Assembly: GCF_009914755.1 (NCBI RefSeq) | Contig: NC_060933.1 | Length of the DNA: 64,000 nt | Direction: 5' to 3' (one strand) | From: the human T2T-CHM13v2.0 reference genome, Homo sapiens | Shown here: in pieces, positions 30,057 to 43,928 of the stretch | Position numbering within the stretch: the stretch's first letter is position 1 | How the letters are laid out: each line of letters opens with the position of its first letter | Translations under genes and position numbers: made by a program | The notes under the pieces: model-generated | The model's input: the letters and a program-made list of their open reading frames with translations, nothing else | Database searches by the model: none | Told to the model about the DNA's origin: nothing

Positions 30057-31165
30057 CTCCATACTGTTTTCCACATTTGGTGCATCATTTTACATTCCCA
30101 CCAACAGTATACAGGGTTCTCATTTCTTCACATCTTTCCCAACTTGTGATACAGTTTGGATATTTGTCTCCTCCAAATCTTATATTGAAATTTGATCCCT
30201 AATGTTTGGATTATGGGCATGAATCCCTCATGAATGTCTTAATATCATTCATTGGTGCCATACCAATGGCTTGGTAATGAATGAGTTCTCACTTGATTAG
30301 TTCCTGTGAGAACTAAAAAGACTTCCTTTTCTCTCTCTTTCCTCCTCTCTTGTCATGTGAAGTCTGCTCCCTAAACACCACCACCACTTTCTGCTATGAG
30401 CGGAAACTTCCTGAGACCCTCACCAGAAGCAGATGTTGATGCCATGCTTCTTGTACAGCCTGCAGAATTATGACCAAATCAACCTTTTTTAAAATAAATT
30501 ACCCACTCTCTGATATTTCTTTATAGCAACACAAATGGACTAAGACAACTACTTATCTTTTTTAAATAATAGCTATCCTAACAGATATGAGGTGATATCT
30601 CATTGTAGTTTTCATTAGCACTTCCCTAATAACAAATTGTGTTGAGCATCTTTTCACATCCCCAGTGGCCATTTGTATGTCTTCTTTGGAAAATGAATCT
30701 GGAGGACATTATGCTAAGTGAAATAAGCTGGTCACACAAGGACAAGTACTGCATGATTCCACTTATATTAGATATCTAAAATAGTCAAAAACATAAAAGT
30801 GCAGAATACAATAGTGGTTACCAGAGGCTGGGAGGTGTGGAAAGTGGGGAGCTATTGTTCAATGTGTATAAAGTTTCAGTTATGCTAGATGAATAAGTTC
30901 TAGAGATCTTCTGTACATTATAGTGCTTATTGTTAACAGCATGCTATTGTGAACTTTAAAATTTAAGAAGGTAAATTTCATGTTAAGTGTTCTTACCACA
31001 AAAAAATGACACTTCAGGAGGTGTTGAATATGTCTATTACTTTGATTATGGAGATGGTAGCATGGGTGTTTGCACACATCCAAATTCATCAAGTTGTACA
31101 AATTAAATATGTGCAATTCTTTGTATACAAATTATACCTCAACAAAGCTGTTAAAAACATTTAAA
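30057..31165 (+). mobile_element. L1MA9/MB-type 3' end with inverted 5' segment (minus 30057-30692, plus 30693-31165)
   Basis: ttacattcccaccaacag and tatctcattgtagtttt (reverse ORF2 3' region) abut gaggacattatgctaagtgaaataagc...tatacctcaacaaagctg. Confidence 0.82.
30147..30547 (+). mobile_element. MSTB-type solo LTR
   Basis: tgatacagtttggatatttgtc...ccatgcttcttgtacagcctgcagaa...ggactaagaca. Confidence 0.88.
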
Positions 31166-31779
31166 AACAGCACCATACCTGTGGAGATGTAAACAAACAG
31201 AAAAAAAGGAAAATAAGGGGTATGACAATTCACCAAGCTTTTAAAAATTGCATGTTCCATATCATAATTTATATGGTGAGCAAAAAAACAGGCAAGTACA
31301 ATACAAGTTACATTTAAGCTGTTTACAAAGAAATAAAACACTTTAATTCAAAATATCCCTAGTGTTCTAAATTGTAATGTACTAAATAAATATTAGTTTT
31401 ACTATGTTTTTATTTCCTAAACATTTATAACTGACAGCATGTAAGATTTTATGGTTTTGAAACAAATTGTAAAGGTCACAAAGCAATTGTAATTTTCCCC
31501 ATAGATTATTAAGATTATTTTGTAAGGTTTTAGTTTTTGTGTTTTAGTTTAGTTTTTTGTAGGATTTTAGTTTTCATTTTGATGGTCCCACACTATCATG
31601 TAAAGTCAACACTGCCTTTGTGTGTCTCCTACCTGTGCAAAATCTTTACTTATTCCAGTTAGTCAAATGTGAACTTTTGTGATATTTAAATCTGATACTA
31701 ACAGAGCCAAGATCTCATACTTGAATATTAATTTGGTTTCTAATAATTTAGTTTTTTAAATGACTGGGGCCTTATTAAT

Positions 31780-32235
31780 TCTCTAGCCACACAAATCATG
31801 CTACTCCTTCCTTCACTTACCATGCCCCAAAGAGTCTTTTATTGTTTGGACACATTTGTCCTTTCATATCTGAGGCCTTTACATTGGGAGTGCTTCCTTC
31901 TGCCTGGTATGCTTCTGAAATCTCTTTTAACCTCATTAATCTCATTCAACTTTCAGGTCTTAGGTTAAATATCATGTTCCCAAATCTTCCAATATTAGGT
32001 CTTCCTCTTGCAATATCTCTCAGTATATATTATAATTTCTTCTATGTGCTTATCAAAATTTGTATTTATATGTGTGGTTATTTATTTAATTTATCTCCAC
32101 TAAATTATGAGCTCCATACCTGAATAGATGAATACCGTCTGTTTTGTTGACTTTTACATCTCCAATGCCAAACACAGTGTCTGCTTAAAACTAAATGCTA
32201 AGTAAATATGTGGTCAATTAATGGGTTAATAAATA
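31780..32235 (+). mobile_element. L2 3' end
   Basis: ccttctgcctgg...tatgagctcc...tctgttttgtt...aatgccaaacacagtgtctg...gtaaatatgt. Confidence 0.75.
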
Positions 32236-32419
32236 CGTGCTAAAGAAATATACAAATCGGAAAAACTAGAAATATGCTAGGATAAAGTGATACTTATCCC
32301 AGCAAATAAAAGCATGGTTTGTTGGGGAAAACACTAGGTTAGGATTTTGAGATCCTGGTTTTGATTCCAGTATAATCCTTTGACTTCCATTGTCCAGCTG
32401 CTCCTCCTGCTCTATGAGC

Positions 32420-32900
32420 CTTTGACCAACCTCATCACTCTCATAATTCAACTATGTTTTCCATGTTGATCACTTCAAAATCTTTGTCTCCAGCCACAGT
32501 TATCTCCTATCTATAGACCTATATATGCAGTTGGTCTTCTGGGCATCTCCACATCAGTACCCCACAAACACCTTTACATGCAACAAATCCTAAATGAAAC
32601 ATTTCTATCCAAATCCTGCTTCTTCTCCTGAAATTCCTAACTCTTTTATTGCAAACATTATTTAGTTTGTCAATAAGTTATGAATCTGGAAGTCATTTTA
32701 TTACTCTACAAATCTAGTCAGTCACCAAGACCCACCAAGTTCACCCCTAAAATCTCACAAACCCACTCCTTATTCCCCAGACCTATCATCACTTACCTAG
32801 CTCAACCCTCTTCATTTTTGCCTGGACTGATTTTGTCCCTTTTATTCCTGTCTTTTATGCCTATTCTCCTCACAGATATTGCAGTGATTTTAATATGCTA
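32420..32900 (+). mobile_element. L2 internal fragment
   Basis: ctcatcactctcat...tcaaaatctttgtctccagcc...ggcatctccac...aatctggaagtcatt. Confidence 0.7.
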
Positions 32901-33134
32901 CTTCTATGTATTTTTTTTCTCCTATCCTTCCTTTGTTGCTTAAGAATCTTAGGAAAGTTGAAGAACCTTAGGATATTTTTGCTTCATTCTCACAATGCCT
33001 ATATGTACTATGAATGGAGGAAATATGAGCCCAGGTTACGTACTATAATTGTTATAAATACTTATATATAAGTTACTTCTTTTCCACATTTCACAATTTC
33101 TCCTCACTTATCCCCGTCTGAGGCCATTACAGCT

Positions 33135-34008
33135 TGTTTTCTTTTTTCTTTTTAATTATACTTTAAGTTCTAGGGTACTTGTGCACAACGTGCAGGTTTG
33201 TTACATATGTGTACATGTGCCATGTTGGTGTGCTGCACACCCATTAACTCGTCATTTACATTAGGTATATCTCCTAATGCTATCCCTCCCCCATCTCCCC
33301 CCACCCCATGACAGGCCCCGGTGTGTGATGTTCCCCTTCCTGTGTCCCAAGTGTTCTCATTGTTCAGTTTCCACCTATGAGTGAGAACATGCAGTGTTTG
33401 GTTTTCTGTGCTTGCGATAGTTCGCTGAGAATGTTGGTTTTCAGCTTCATCCATGTCCCTACAAAGGACATGAACTCATCATTTTTTATGGCTGCATAGT
33501 ATTCCATGGTGTATATGTGCCACATTTTCTTAATCCAGTCTATCATTGTTGGACATTTGGGTTGGTTCCAAGTCTTTGCTGTTGTGAATAGTGCTGCAAT
33601 AAACATACGTGTGCATGTGTCTTTATAGCAGCATGATTTATAATCCTTTGGGTATATACCCAGTAATGGGATGGCTGGGTCAAATGGTATTTCTAGTTCT
33701 AAATCCCTGAGGAATCACCACACTGTCTTCCACAATGGTTGAACTAGTTTACATTCCCACCAACAGTGTAGAAGTGTTCCTATTTCTCCACATCCTCTCC
33801 AGCATCTTTTTCCTGACTTTTTCACCATTCTAACTGGTGTGAGATGGTATCTCATTGTGGTTTTGATTTGCATTTCTCTGATGGCCAGTGATGATGAGCA
33901 TTTTTTCATGTGTCTGTTTGCTGCATAAATATCTTCTTTTGAGAAGTGTCTGTTCATATCCTTCGCCCACTTTTTGATGGGGTTGTTTGTTTTTTGCTTG
34001 TAAATTTG
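33135..34008 (-). mobile_element. 5'-truncated L1PA4/5-type element
   Basis: 3'UTR plus ORF2 C-terminus (MFIAALFT..KTWNQPKCP; [16 protein letters not shown]); no TSD visible. Confidence 0.93.
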
Positions 34009-34629
34009 ACATAATTTTGAAGCCAAAGAACACAATGACTGAATTAAATCTAATAGGGAACTTCAACAGCAGACTAGAACAAGAAGAATAAAACATAAAT
34101 AAACCCAGAGATAGAGAGAGATAGATAGAACAAGAAGAATAAAAAATAAATAAACCCAGTCAGAGGATGATTTATAATTATTTTTCTTTTCAGAAAAAAG
34201 AATGAAGAAAGCCTGTTTAATCTATGGGCACCATCAAAATAATTAAATTTGTATTACAGAATTTCTACAAGGAGAAGAGAAACAAAATGACAGAAAGCTT
34301 ATTTAAAATATAGAGGCTGAAAACTTCCCAAATCTAGGGAACAATGTAAACATCCAGGTATATAAAGCTCAAAAGTCTTCAATTCATTCACCCTAAAGAA
34401 GACCTCACCAAAACATAGTATGATTGACCTGTCAAAAATCAAAGACACTCAGAAATAAAGCCACAAACCTACAACCGTCTGATCTTTGACAAGACCAACA
34501 AAAACAAGCAATGGGGAAAGGACTCCCTATTCAATAAATGGGGCTGGGTAACCAGATAGCCATATAGGAAAGACTGAAGCTGGACCCCTGCCTTTCATCA
34601 TATAAAACATTAACTCAAAATTAAAGAGA

Positions 34630-34929
34630 GGCTGAGCATGGTGTCTCACACCTGTAATCTCAGCACTTTGGGAGGCCACAGTGGGCAGATTGCCTGAGGT
34701 CAGGAGTTCAAGACCAGCCTGGCCAACATGGCAAAACCCCATTTCTACTAAAAATACAAAAATTAGCTGGGCATGGTAGTCCAAGCCTATAATCCCAGCT
34801 ACACAGGAGGCTGAGGCAGGAGAATTGCTTGAACCCAGGAGACGGAAGTTGCTGTGAGCCAGGATTGCGCCACTCCACTCCATCCTTGGCATCAAAGGGA
34901 GACTCCATCTCAAAAAAATGAAAAAAATA
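34630..34929 (+). mobile_element. AluS
   Basis: Alu dimer; TSD aaaattaaaga. Confidence 0.93.
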
Positions 34930-35076
34930 AAAATTAAAGATTTAAATATAAGATCTCAAATTATAAAAATTCAAGAACACAGCCTCAGAAATACTCTCAA
35001 CATCAGCCTTGGCAGAGAATTTTTGGCCAAGTCTCCAAAAGCAATTTCAATAAAAACAAAAATTGACAAGTGGGAC

Positions 35077-36802
35077 TGTATTGATCCCTTCTTGCACTGC
35101 TATAAAGAAATGCCTGAGACTGGGTAATTTATAAAGAAAAGAAGTTTAATTGGCTCACAGTTCAGTAGGCTGTACAGGAAGCATGATGCTGGCATGTGTT
35201 TCTGGGGAAGTCTCAGGAAACTCTGAATCATGGTGGAAAGCAAAGGGGAAGCAGGCAAGTCTTACATGCATGGCCAGAGCAGGATAAAGAGAGAGAGAGG
35301 GGAGAAGTGCTACACACTTTTAAACAATCAAATCTCCTGAGCACTCTATCAAAAGAACAGTACTAAAGGAATAGTGCTAAACCATTCATGAAGGATTCAC
35401 TTTTGTGATCCAGTCACCTTCCATCAGGCCCTGCCTCTAACACTGGTATTACAACTAACCATGAGATGTGGGTGTGGACACAGATCGTAACCATATCATT
35501 CTGCCCCTGGCCCCTCCAAAATCTCCTGTCTTTCTTCCATTTCCACATACAATCATGACTTCCCTATCATCCCCCAAAGTGTTAACTCATTCTAGCATTA
35601 ACTCAAAAGTCCAAGGTCCACAGTCTCTTCTGAGACAAGACTAGTTCCTTCTGCCTATGAGCTTATAAAATAAAAAACAAGTTAGTTACTTCCACAATAC
35701 AATGGGAGTATAGGCATTGGATAAATACTACCATTCCAAAAGGGAGAAATCAGCTGTAAGAAAGGGACTACAGTCCCCATGCAAGTCCAAAACACAGCAG
35801 GGCAGTCATTAAATGTTAAAGCTCCAAAATAATCTCCTTTGACTCTCTGTCTCACATCCAGAGCATACTGGTGCAAGAAGTGGGTTCCCAGGTTTTGAGC
35901 AGCTCTCCGACTGTGGCTGCTGTCATGAGCTGGTGTTGAGAGTGCTTGTGTCTTGTGGTGTTGGTGCAAATTGTCAGTGGCTCTACCATTCAAAGGTCTG
36001 GAGGACGGTGGCCCTCTTCTAACAGTTCCACTAGGCAATGCCCCAGTGAGGACTCTGTATTGGGGCTGCAGTCCCACATTACCCATCTTCAGTACCCTAG
36101 TAGATGTTCTCTATGAGGGCTCCACTCCTGTAGCAGGCTTCTGCCTGGTCATCCAGGCTTTTCCATACGTCTTCTGAAATTTAGGCAGAGACTTTCAAGC
36201 CTCAGCTCTTGCACTCTCAACACCTGCAGACTTAGCACCATGTGGAAGCTGCCAAGGCTTATAACTTGCACCCTCTGAAGCAGCAGCCTGAGCTATACCT
36301 GGGTCCCTTTGGGCCACGGCTGGAGCTGAAGCAGCTTGGATGCAGGGACCAGTGTCCCAAGGCTGTTCAGAGTGGCAGGGTCCTGGGCTAGCCCATGAAA
36401 CCATTCTTCCCTTCCAGACCTCCAGGCCTGTGATGGGAGGGGCTGCCACAAAGGTCTCTGAAATGCCTTGGAGGCCTTTTCCCCATTGTTTTGGTTATCA
36501 GCATTTGGCTTGCTTTTAGTTATGCAAATTTCTGCAGCCTGCTTGAATTCCTCCTCTGAAAATGGGTTTTTTCTTTTCTACCACATGGCCAAGCTGCAAA
36601 TTTTCCAAACTTTTATGTTTTGCTTCCCTTTTAAATATAAGTTCCAGTTTCAGGCCATTTATTTGCTCATGCATATGAGCATAGGTGGTTGGAAGCAACC
36701 AGGCTACATCTTGAACATGCTGCTAAGAAATTCCACCAAATGCCCTAAATTATCTCTCCCAAGTTCAAAGTTCCACAGATCCCCAGGGCAGGGGCAAAAT
36801 GC
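35077..36802 (-). mobile_element. MSTA LTR (35077-35498) plus truncated MST internal region; second LTR absent
   Basis: tgtatt...gctataaagaaatgcctgagactgggtaatttat...ccatatca, then ttctgcccctggcccctcc internal sequence homologous to the THE1-int at 26-27.6 kb. Confidence 0.9.
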
Positions 36803-38187
36803 AAAGAAAAAGAAAAAAGAAAAGAAAAGAAAACTGTCAACAGAGTAAATGGACAACCTACAGAATGAGAGAAAATATTCACAAACTGTCCATCTGACAA
36901 AGGCCTGATATCAAGAATCTATGCAGAACTTAAGTCAAAAAGCAAAGAGCAAGTAATCTCATTATAAATGAGCAAAGGACATGAACAGACACTTCTCAAA
37001 AGAAGACATATGAGTGGTCAACAAACCTATAAAAAATGTTCAGTATCACTAATCATTAGAAAAATGCAAATCAAACCCACAATGAGATACCATCTCACGC
37101 CAGTCAGAATGGCTATTCAAAAGTCAGAAAACAACAGATGTTGGTGAAACTGCTGAAAAAAAGGGAATGCTTATACACTGTTGGTGAGAATGTAAATTAG
37201 TCCAGCCACTGTAGAAAACAGCCTTGAGATTTCTCAAAGTACTTAAAACAGAGCTATCATTCAACCCAGCCATCCCATTAATGGGTATATGTCCTAAGTA
37301 AAATAAATCATTCTACCAAAAGGATATATGCACTCATAAATTTATTGCTGCATTATTCACAATAGCAAAGACCTGGAATCAACCTAGATGCCCATCAGTG
37401 ATAGATTGGATAAAGACAATGTGGCACATATATAACATGGCATACTACAGAGCCATAAAACAAAAACAAAAAAATCCTTTACAGCAGCATAAATGCAGCA
37501 GGAGGCCATAATTCTAAGCAAATTAATGTAAGAACAGAAAACCAAACACCACATGTTCTCACTTATAAGTGAGAGCTAAACATTGAGCACACATGTACAT
37601 AAATATGGGATCAATAGACACTGTAGGCTATTGGGGATGTAGGTTAAAAAGGGGGCTTAAAAAACTACCTATGAAGGTACTATGCTCACTACCTGGGTGA
37701 AAAGATTCACACCCCAAACCTCAGCATCATTCATTATCCCCATGTAACTAACCTGTATCCCCTGTAACTTAAGTAAAAGTTGAAATTTTTTTAAAAATCA
37801 GTGATAAAGAATTCTGTAAGCAGCAAGAAAAAATAAGCACATGATATACACAGAAACTTGAGTAAGGCAATTAGTGAATTTCTCAGCAGAAAATTCGCAG
37901 ACCAGGGTAGAGTGAGATAATACATTCAAACTGTTGAAAGCAAAAACTGCCACTCAAGAATACTTTACCTGGCAAAGCTGTCCTTCTCATATGAGGGAAA
38001 AAGGAAGTATTTTCCAGATTTACAAAAAATAGCTGAGATAGTTGATTATCACTAGACCTGCCTTACAAGAAGTGCTAAAGGGAGTTCTTCAATCATAAAT
38101 GAAAGGTTGCTAATTATTATCGTAAAAACATAAATGTAGAAAACTCCTTGGTAAAAGTAAGTACAAAGTCAAATTCAGAATACTTCA

Positions 38188-38482
38188 TTTTTTTTTTTTT
38201 TTGACAAAGTCTTGCTCTTGTTGCCCAGGCTAGAGTACAATGGCACGATCTTGGCTTGCCACAACCTCCACCTCCTGGGTTCAAGCGAATCTCCTGCCTC
38301 AGCCTCTCGAGGGGCTGGGATTACAGGTATGCACCACCACACCCAGCAAATTTTGTATTTTTAGTAGAATCGGGGTTTTTCCTTGTTGGTCAGGCTGGTC
38401 TCAAACTCCTGACCTCAGGTGATCCACCTGCCTTGGCCTCCCAAAGTGCTGGGATTACAGGCATGAGCCACCGCACCTGGTC
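38188..38482 (-). mobile_element. AluSq/Sx
   Basis: TSD agaatactt at 38177-38185 and 38484-38492. Confidence 0.94.
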
Positions 38483-38849
38483 TAGAATACTTTAATATTT
38501 TTAATATTTTAATAATGGTATGTAAATTATGTATAACTAATATGAAGGTCAAAAGACAGAAGTATTATTACAAAAACCTCAGCTATAATAACTTGTTAAT
38601 TTTTATACAAAGATGTACAGTATGACATCTAAAACATAAAACACTTGGGAAAGTAAAACTAGATTTTATGTACACAATTGAAGTTAAGTTGCTATCAGCT
38701 TAAAATAGTCTGGTATAACTATAGGAGGTTTTATGTCAGCTTAATTATAACCACAAAGCAAAAGCATATAGCAGACACACAGTGAACAAGAGAAAATAAT
38801 CAAAGCATACCACTCCAAAATAATACACGTTATTTTACAATGAAAATGA

Positions 38850-39197
<348 letters not shown>

Positions 39198-42100
39198 CCA
39201 GAAAACAATTTTTAAAATGGCAATAGTAAATCCCTACCTGTTAATAATTACTTTAAATGTAAATAGACTAACCTCTATCAAAAAACATAAAGTGGCTGAA
39301 TGGACTTTTTTTAAAAAAGACCCAACTGTCTGTTACCTACAAGAGACTTATTTCACATACAGAACATTCCATCTAACTGCAGCATATAACACATTTCTTT
39401 TCAAGAAAACATGGAACATTCTCCAGAATAGATTATAGGTTAGACCATAAAACAAGCCTTAACAAATTTTAAAAGATTAAAATACTATCAAGTATCTTTT
39501 CTGACTATAATGGTATAAAAGTAAAAATCAATAATAGAAGGAATTTCAGAAAATACATAAATATATGGAAGTTAAACAATATACTCTTTAACAACAAGTG
39601 GGTCAAAGAATAAATCAAAGAAGACATTTAAAAATATTTTTAGACAAATGAAAGTGAAAATACAATGTACCAAAACCTATGGGATTATGCAAAAGCAGTT
39701 CTAAGAGGGATATCTGTAATAAATGCTTACATAAAAAAGAAGAAAGGTCTCAAAAAACACAACAACTTAGCATTAAACCTGATAGAATCAGGAAAAGAGG
39801 AACATACTAAGCCTAAATTTCATAGAATGAAGGAAATAAAGATTAGAGCATAAATAAATAGAGACTAGAAAAGATTACAAAACTAACTTGGATCTTGAAA
39901 AGATAAAATTGACAAACCTTTAGCTAGACTGAAAAAGGAGCAAAGATTCAAATATTTCTAACAAACATTAATATTTCTAATGAAATGTTTCTCATGAACA
40001 TTAATGCAAAAATCCTCAACAAAATAGTAGCAAACCATTATTCAACAACATTTCAAAAAATGATACATTATGATCAAGTAGGATTTATCCCTGGGATGGA
40101 AGTTTGGCTTCACATATGCAAATCAATCAATGTAATACACCACAGCAACAGAACAAAAAGCCACATGATCATCTCAATACATCAAGAAAATACATATCAA
40201 AAAGTTCAACACCCTTTCTTGATATAAACTCTCAAAAATTTAGATATAGAAGAAATTTTTTCTCAAATTATCACAGCCATTTATAAAAAATCCAAAGCTG
40301 ACATAATAATCAGTGGAGACAACATTAAAGCTTTTTTTTAAGATCCAATACAAGGTAAGAATGCCTTCTATTGCCATTTCTATTCAACATGCACTGAAAG
40401 TACTAGTAAGAACAATCAGACAAGAAAAGAAAATAAGAGTATCCAAATCTGAAAAGAAGAAATAAATATCTTTATTTGTAGATGACATGAGCTTATATGT
40501 AGAAAACCTTAAAGATACCACCAAAAAACTGTTAGACCTACAAAATGAATTCAATAAAGTTACAAGATACAAAATTAACATTAAAAAACTCAGTTGCATT
40601 TTTTACTCCAATAATGACTTACCTCAAAATGAAAGTTTTTAAAGTCTCAGTTACAATAGCATCAAAAAGAATAAAAAATTTTGAAATGAATCTAAATAAG
40701 GAAATGAAAGACCTGTACACTGAAAACTATAAAACATGAATCAAAAAATTGAACATGATATAAATAAATGAAAAGATATTTCATGATAATAGATTTGGAA
40801 TAATTAATATTGTAAAAATGCCCATACTACTCAAAACAATCTACATATGCAAAGCATACTTCATCATCATTCCAATAATATTTTCCACAGAAATGAAAAA
40901 AAATTCTAACATTTATATGGAACCACAAAATACTCCACAAAATGTATACAGAACCACAAAATACTGCACAAGAGCCAAATAAATGTTAAGGAAAAAAAGG
41001 TTGGAAGCATTACATTCCTTAATTTCAAATTATACTACAAAGCTATAGTATTCAAAGAGTATGGTACTGGCATAAAAACAGACACATAGACTAATGGAAC
41101 GGATTTGAGAGCCCCAAAGTAAACCCAAGCATATATGGTCAACTAATTTTTAACAGGGATGCCAGGAATACAAAATTAAAATTAGATTAGTCTCTTCAAT
41201 AAATGGTGTTAGGACAACTAAATATATACATGAAAAAGAATGAAACTATATGTTTATCTTATACACAAAAATCAACTTAAAATAAATTGAAGACTTATAA
41301 ATAAGATCTGAAACTAACATTTCTAAAGGACATTGGAAAAAGCTCTTGACTTTGGCCTAGGCAGTAATATTTTTGGATATCACACCAAATGCTTAGACAA
41401 CAAAAGCAAAAGTAAACTATATCAAACTAAAAAGCTTCCATATAGGAAACAATCAACAAAATGCAAAGGCAACCTATGAACTAATAGAATATTTTCAAAC
41501 TATATATCTGAAAAGGGACTAATACTCAAAAATATGTAAGTAATTCACATGACTTGATAGAAAATAGTAATAATAACCTGATTTTAAAATGGGCAAATGA
41601 CTAGAATAGACAGTTTTCCAAAGAAGACATTAAAAATGGTCAACAGGCCTATGAAAATGTACTCAACATCACTAATTATTAGGGTAATGCAAATTATAAC
41701 TACAATGAGGTATCACCTCACACCTTTTAGAATGACTATTATCAAGAAGACATGATAACAAATATTGGCAAGGATGTGGAAAAAAGGGTCCTTATACTCT
41801 ATTGGTAGTAATGTAAATTGGCACAGCCATTATGGAGAACACTAAAGAAGTTCTTCAGAAAAAGTGAAACAGAACTATCATAGGACTCAGCAATCCCTTT
41901 TCTAAATATATACACAAAGGAAATGAAATCAGCACCTTTTGGAGATATTTGCACTCTCTTGGTCATCACAGCATTATTCACAATAGCCAAGACATGGAAA
42001 CAACCTAAGTTTGCATGGATAGATAAAAGGCTTAAGAAAATTATGGTGTATATGAACAATGAAATATTAGCCAGCCTTTAAAAAGAAGGATATTCTGTGT

Positions 42101-42644
42101 TTTGTGAACACATGAATGAACCTGGGGTGAGTTATGCTAAGTGAAATAAGCCGGGCACTGAAAGAAAAAGACAGCATGATCTCACTTATATGTAGAATCT
42201 AAAAAAACCTTAAATACATAGAAACAGAGTAGAAAGGTGGTTATCAGATATGGAGACAGTAGGGGAAATAAGGAAATATAGGTTGAAGAGTAAAAAGTTG
42301 CAGTTATGTCAAATGAATATGTAGAGATCTAATGTATAGCATGAGGGGGACAATAGTTAATAATATTGTGTACTTTACATTTGCTATGAGAGTAGATTTT
42401 ACATGCTCTTAACCGCAAAAAAGACCTATGTGACATAATGAATATGTTCATTTGCTTGGTTGCAGTAACCATTTCACTGTTTATAAGTGTATCAAAACAT
42501 CATGTGGTACACCTTAAATATACACCATTTAGAAAGGGGAAAAATTATAAAAAAAGAAAGACATACCACATGCCCAATACATTCATGGAAAAAGGCCCAA
42601 CATCACTAATCATTAGAGAAATAAATTAAAATCACAATGAAACA

Positions 42645-43179
42645 GATGGATAGTATAAGACCAAAGATTAAACTCTTGAAAGAATCAAAAGGAAATGCCA
42701 GATATAAAAAACATGTAACCAAAGTGGAGAATGCTTTTGATGAACTCATTGCATTACACTGGGCATGGCCAAGAAAAATAATCAGTGAGCTAGAGGACAA
42801 TGCAATAGAAACTTCCCTAATGAAAATGGGCAAATAAATAAATAAGAGAGAGAGAGAGAGAAAATAATGAAAATCAAAAAGAGAGAACATTCAACATATA
42901 AAGAAAAAAATTAAAAGGTACAACATACTTATAATTGGCATCCCATAAGGAGAAAAGAGAGAACAGAATTAGGAGAAATATATAAATAATGGCTAAGAAC
43001 TTTTCAAAATTAATGACAGACACCAAACCACAAATATAGTAAACTCAAAGAATAACAAACATGATTAAATGCCAAAACAAATGAGAACAAACAAAACCCT
43101 AGAAAAATCATTACCAAACTGAAGAAAACTAGAGACAAAATGTTAAGAGGCCAGAGTTGTATACACATATACATAAGCA

Positions 43180-43219
<40 letters not shown>

Positions 43220-43577
43220 TACACACACTTCATTACCCAAGGAGGAACAATAACTTAATTACAGTATACTTCTCACCAGAAACCGTGTAACTGAGACAAG
43301 AATAATATAAAATTTCCAAAATGTTGTAGAAAAGTAACACCAACCAAGAATTTTAAACCCAATAAAATAATCTTTTTAAAGTGAAAAAACAAAAGATTTT
43401 TCAGAGAAACATAGCTGAGTAAGTTAAATACCAGTAGCCTACTCCAGCAAGAAATGTTAAAAAGAAGTTCTAAAGGGAATAGAAGACAGTGTAGAATATA
43501 TAGTGCAGAAATTGAAAGCTCCATAAATAAAGAAGGTTGTCGATGGAAGAAATGTTGATTGTTTTAAAAAACCAAAC
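42645..43577 (+). mobile_element. Old L1M(C/D-like) ORF1-only fragment flanked by an apparent TSD
   Basis: gaatgcttttgatgaactcatt, atggctaagaacttttcaaaattaatgacagacaccaaaccac, cttctcaccagaaacc. Confidence 0.7.
43182..43217. repeat. (CA)18 microsatellite
   Basis: Perfect dinucleotide run. Confidence 0.95.
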
Positions 43578-43928
43578 AAAATTATAATGAGACATCATCT
43601 TAACACCTGCTAAAATGGCTATGATCAACAAGATAAGTGATAAATTTGAGCAAAAATGTAGAGAAAAAGAAACCCTTGTCTACCGTGGTTGGAAATGTAA
43701 ATTAGTACAGACATGGGAAACAGTAGGGAGGTTTCTTAAAAATTTTTAAATAGAATTACTGTATGATCCAACAGTCCCACTTCTGAACATATATCCAAAG
43801 TAAATAAATTTAGGATCTTAAAGAGATAGCTTCACTCCCATGTTCGTTGCAGCAGTATTCACAATAACCAAGATATGGAATTAACGTAAGTGCCCATCAA
43901 TGAATTAATGGGTAAAGAAATGTGATTT

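Larger units (their letters stand above)
34448..37793 (+). mobile_element. 5'-truncated L1PA16/17-like element inserted in L1MA
   Basis: cagaaataaagccac...; 3' end gtactatgctcactacctgggtga...ccaaacctcagcatca; degenerate TSD aaaatcaaagaca / aaaatcagtgata. Confidence 0.82.

Noticed and set aside
40920-40971. Small tandem duplications (also 25599-25639, 52072-52095, 4332-4356)
   Set aside because: Ordinary slippage in neutral repeat DNA
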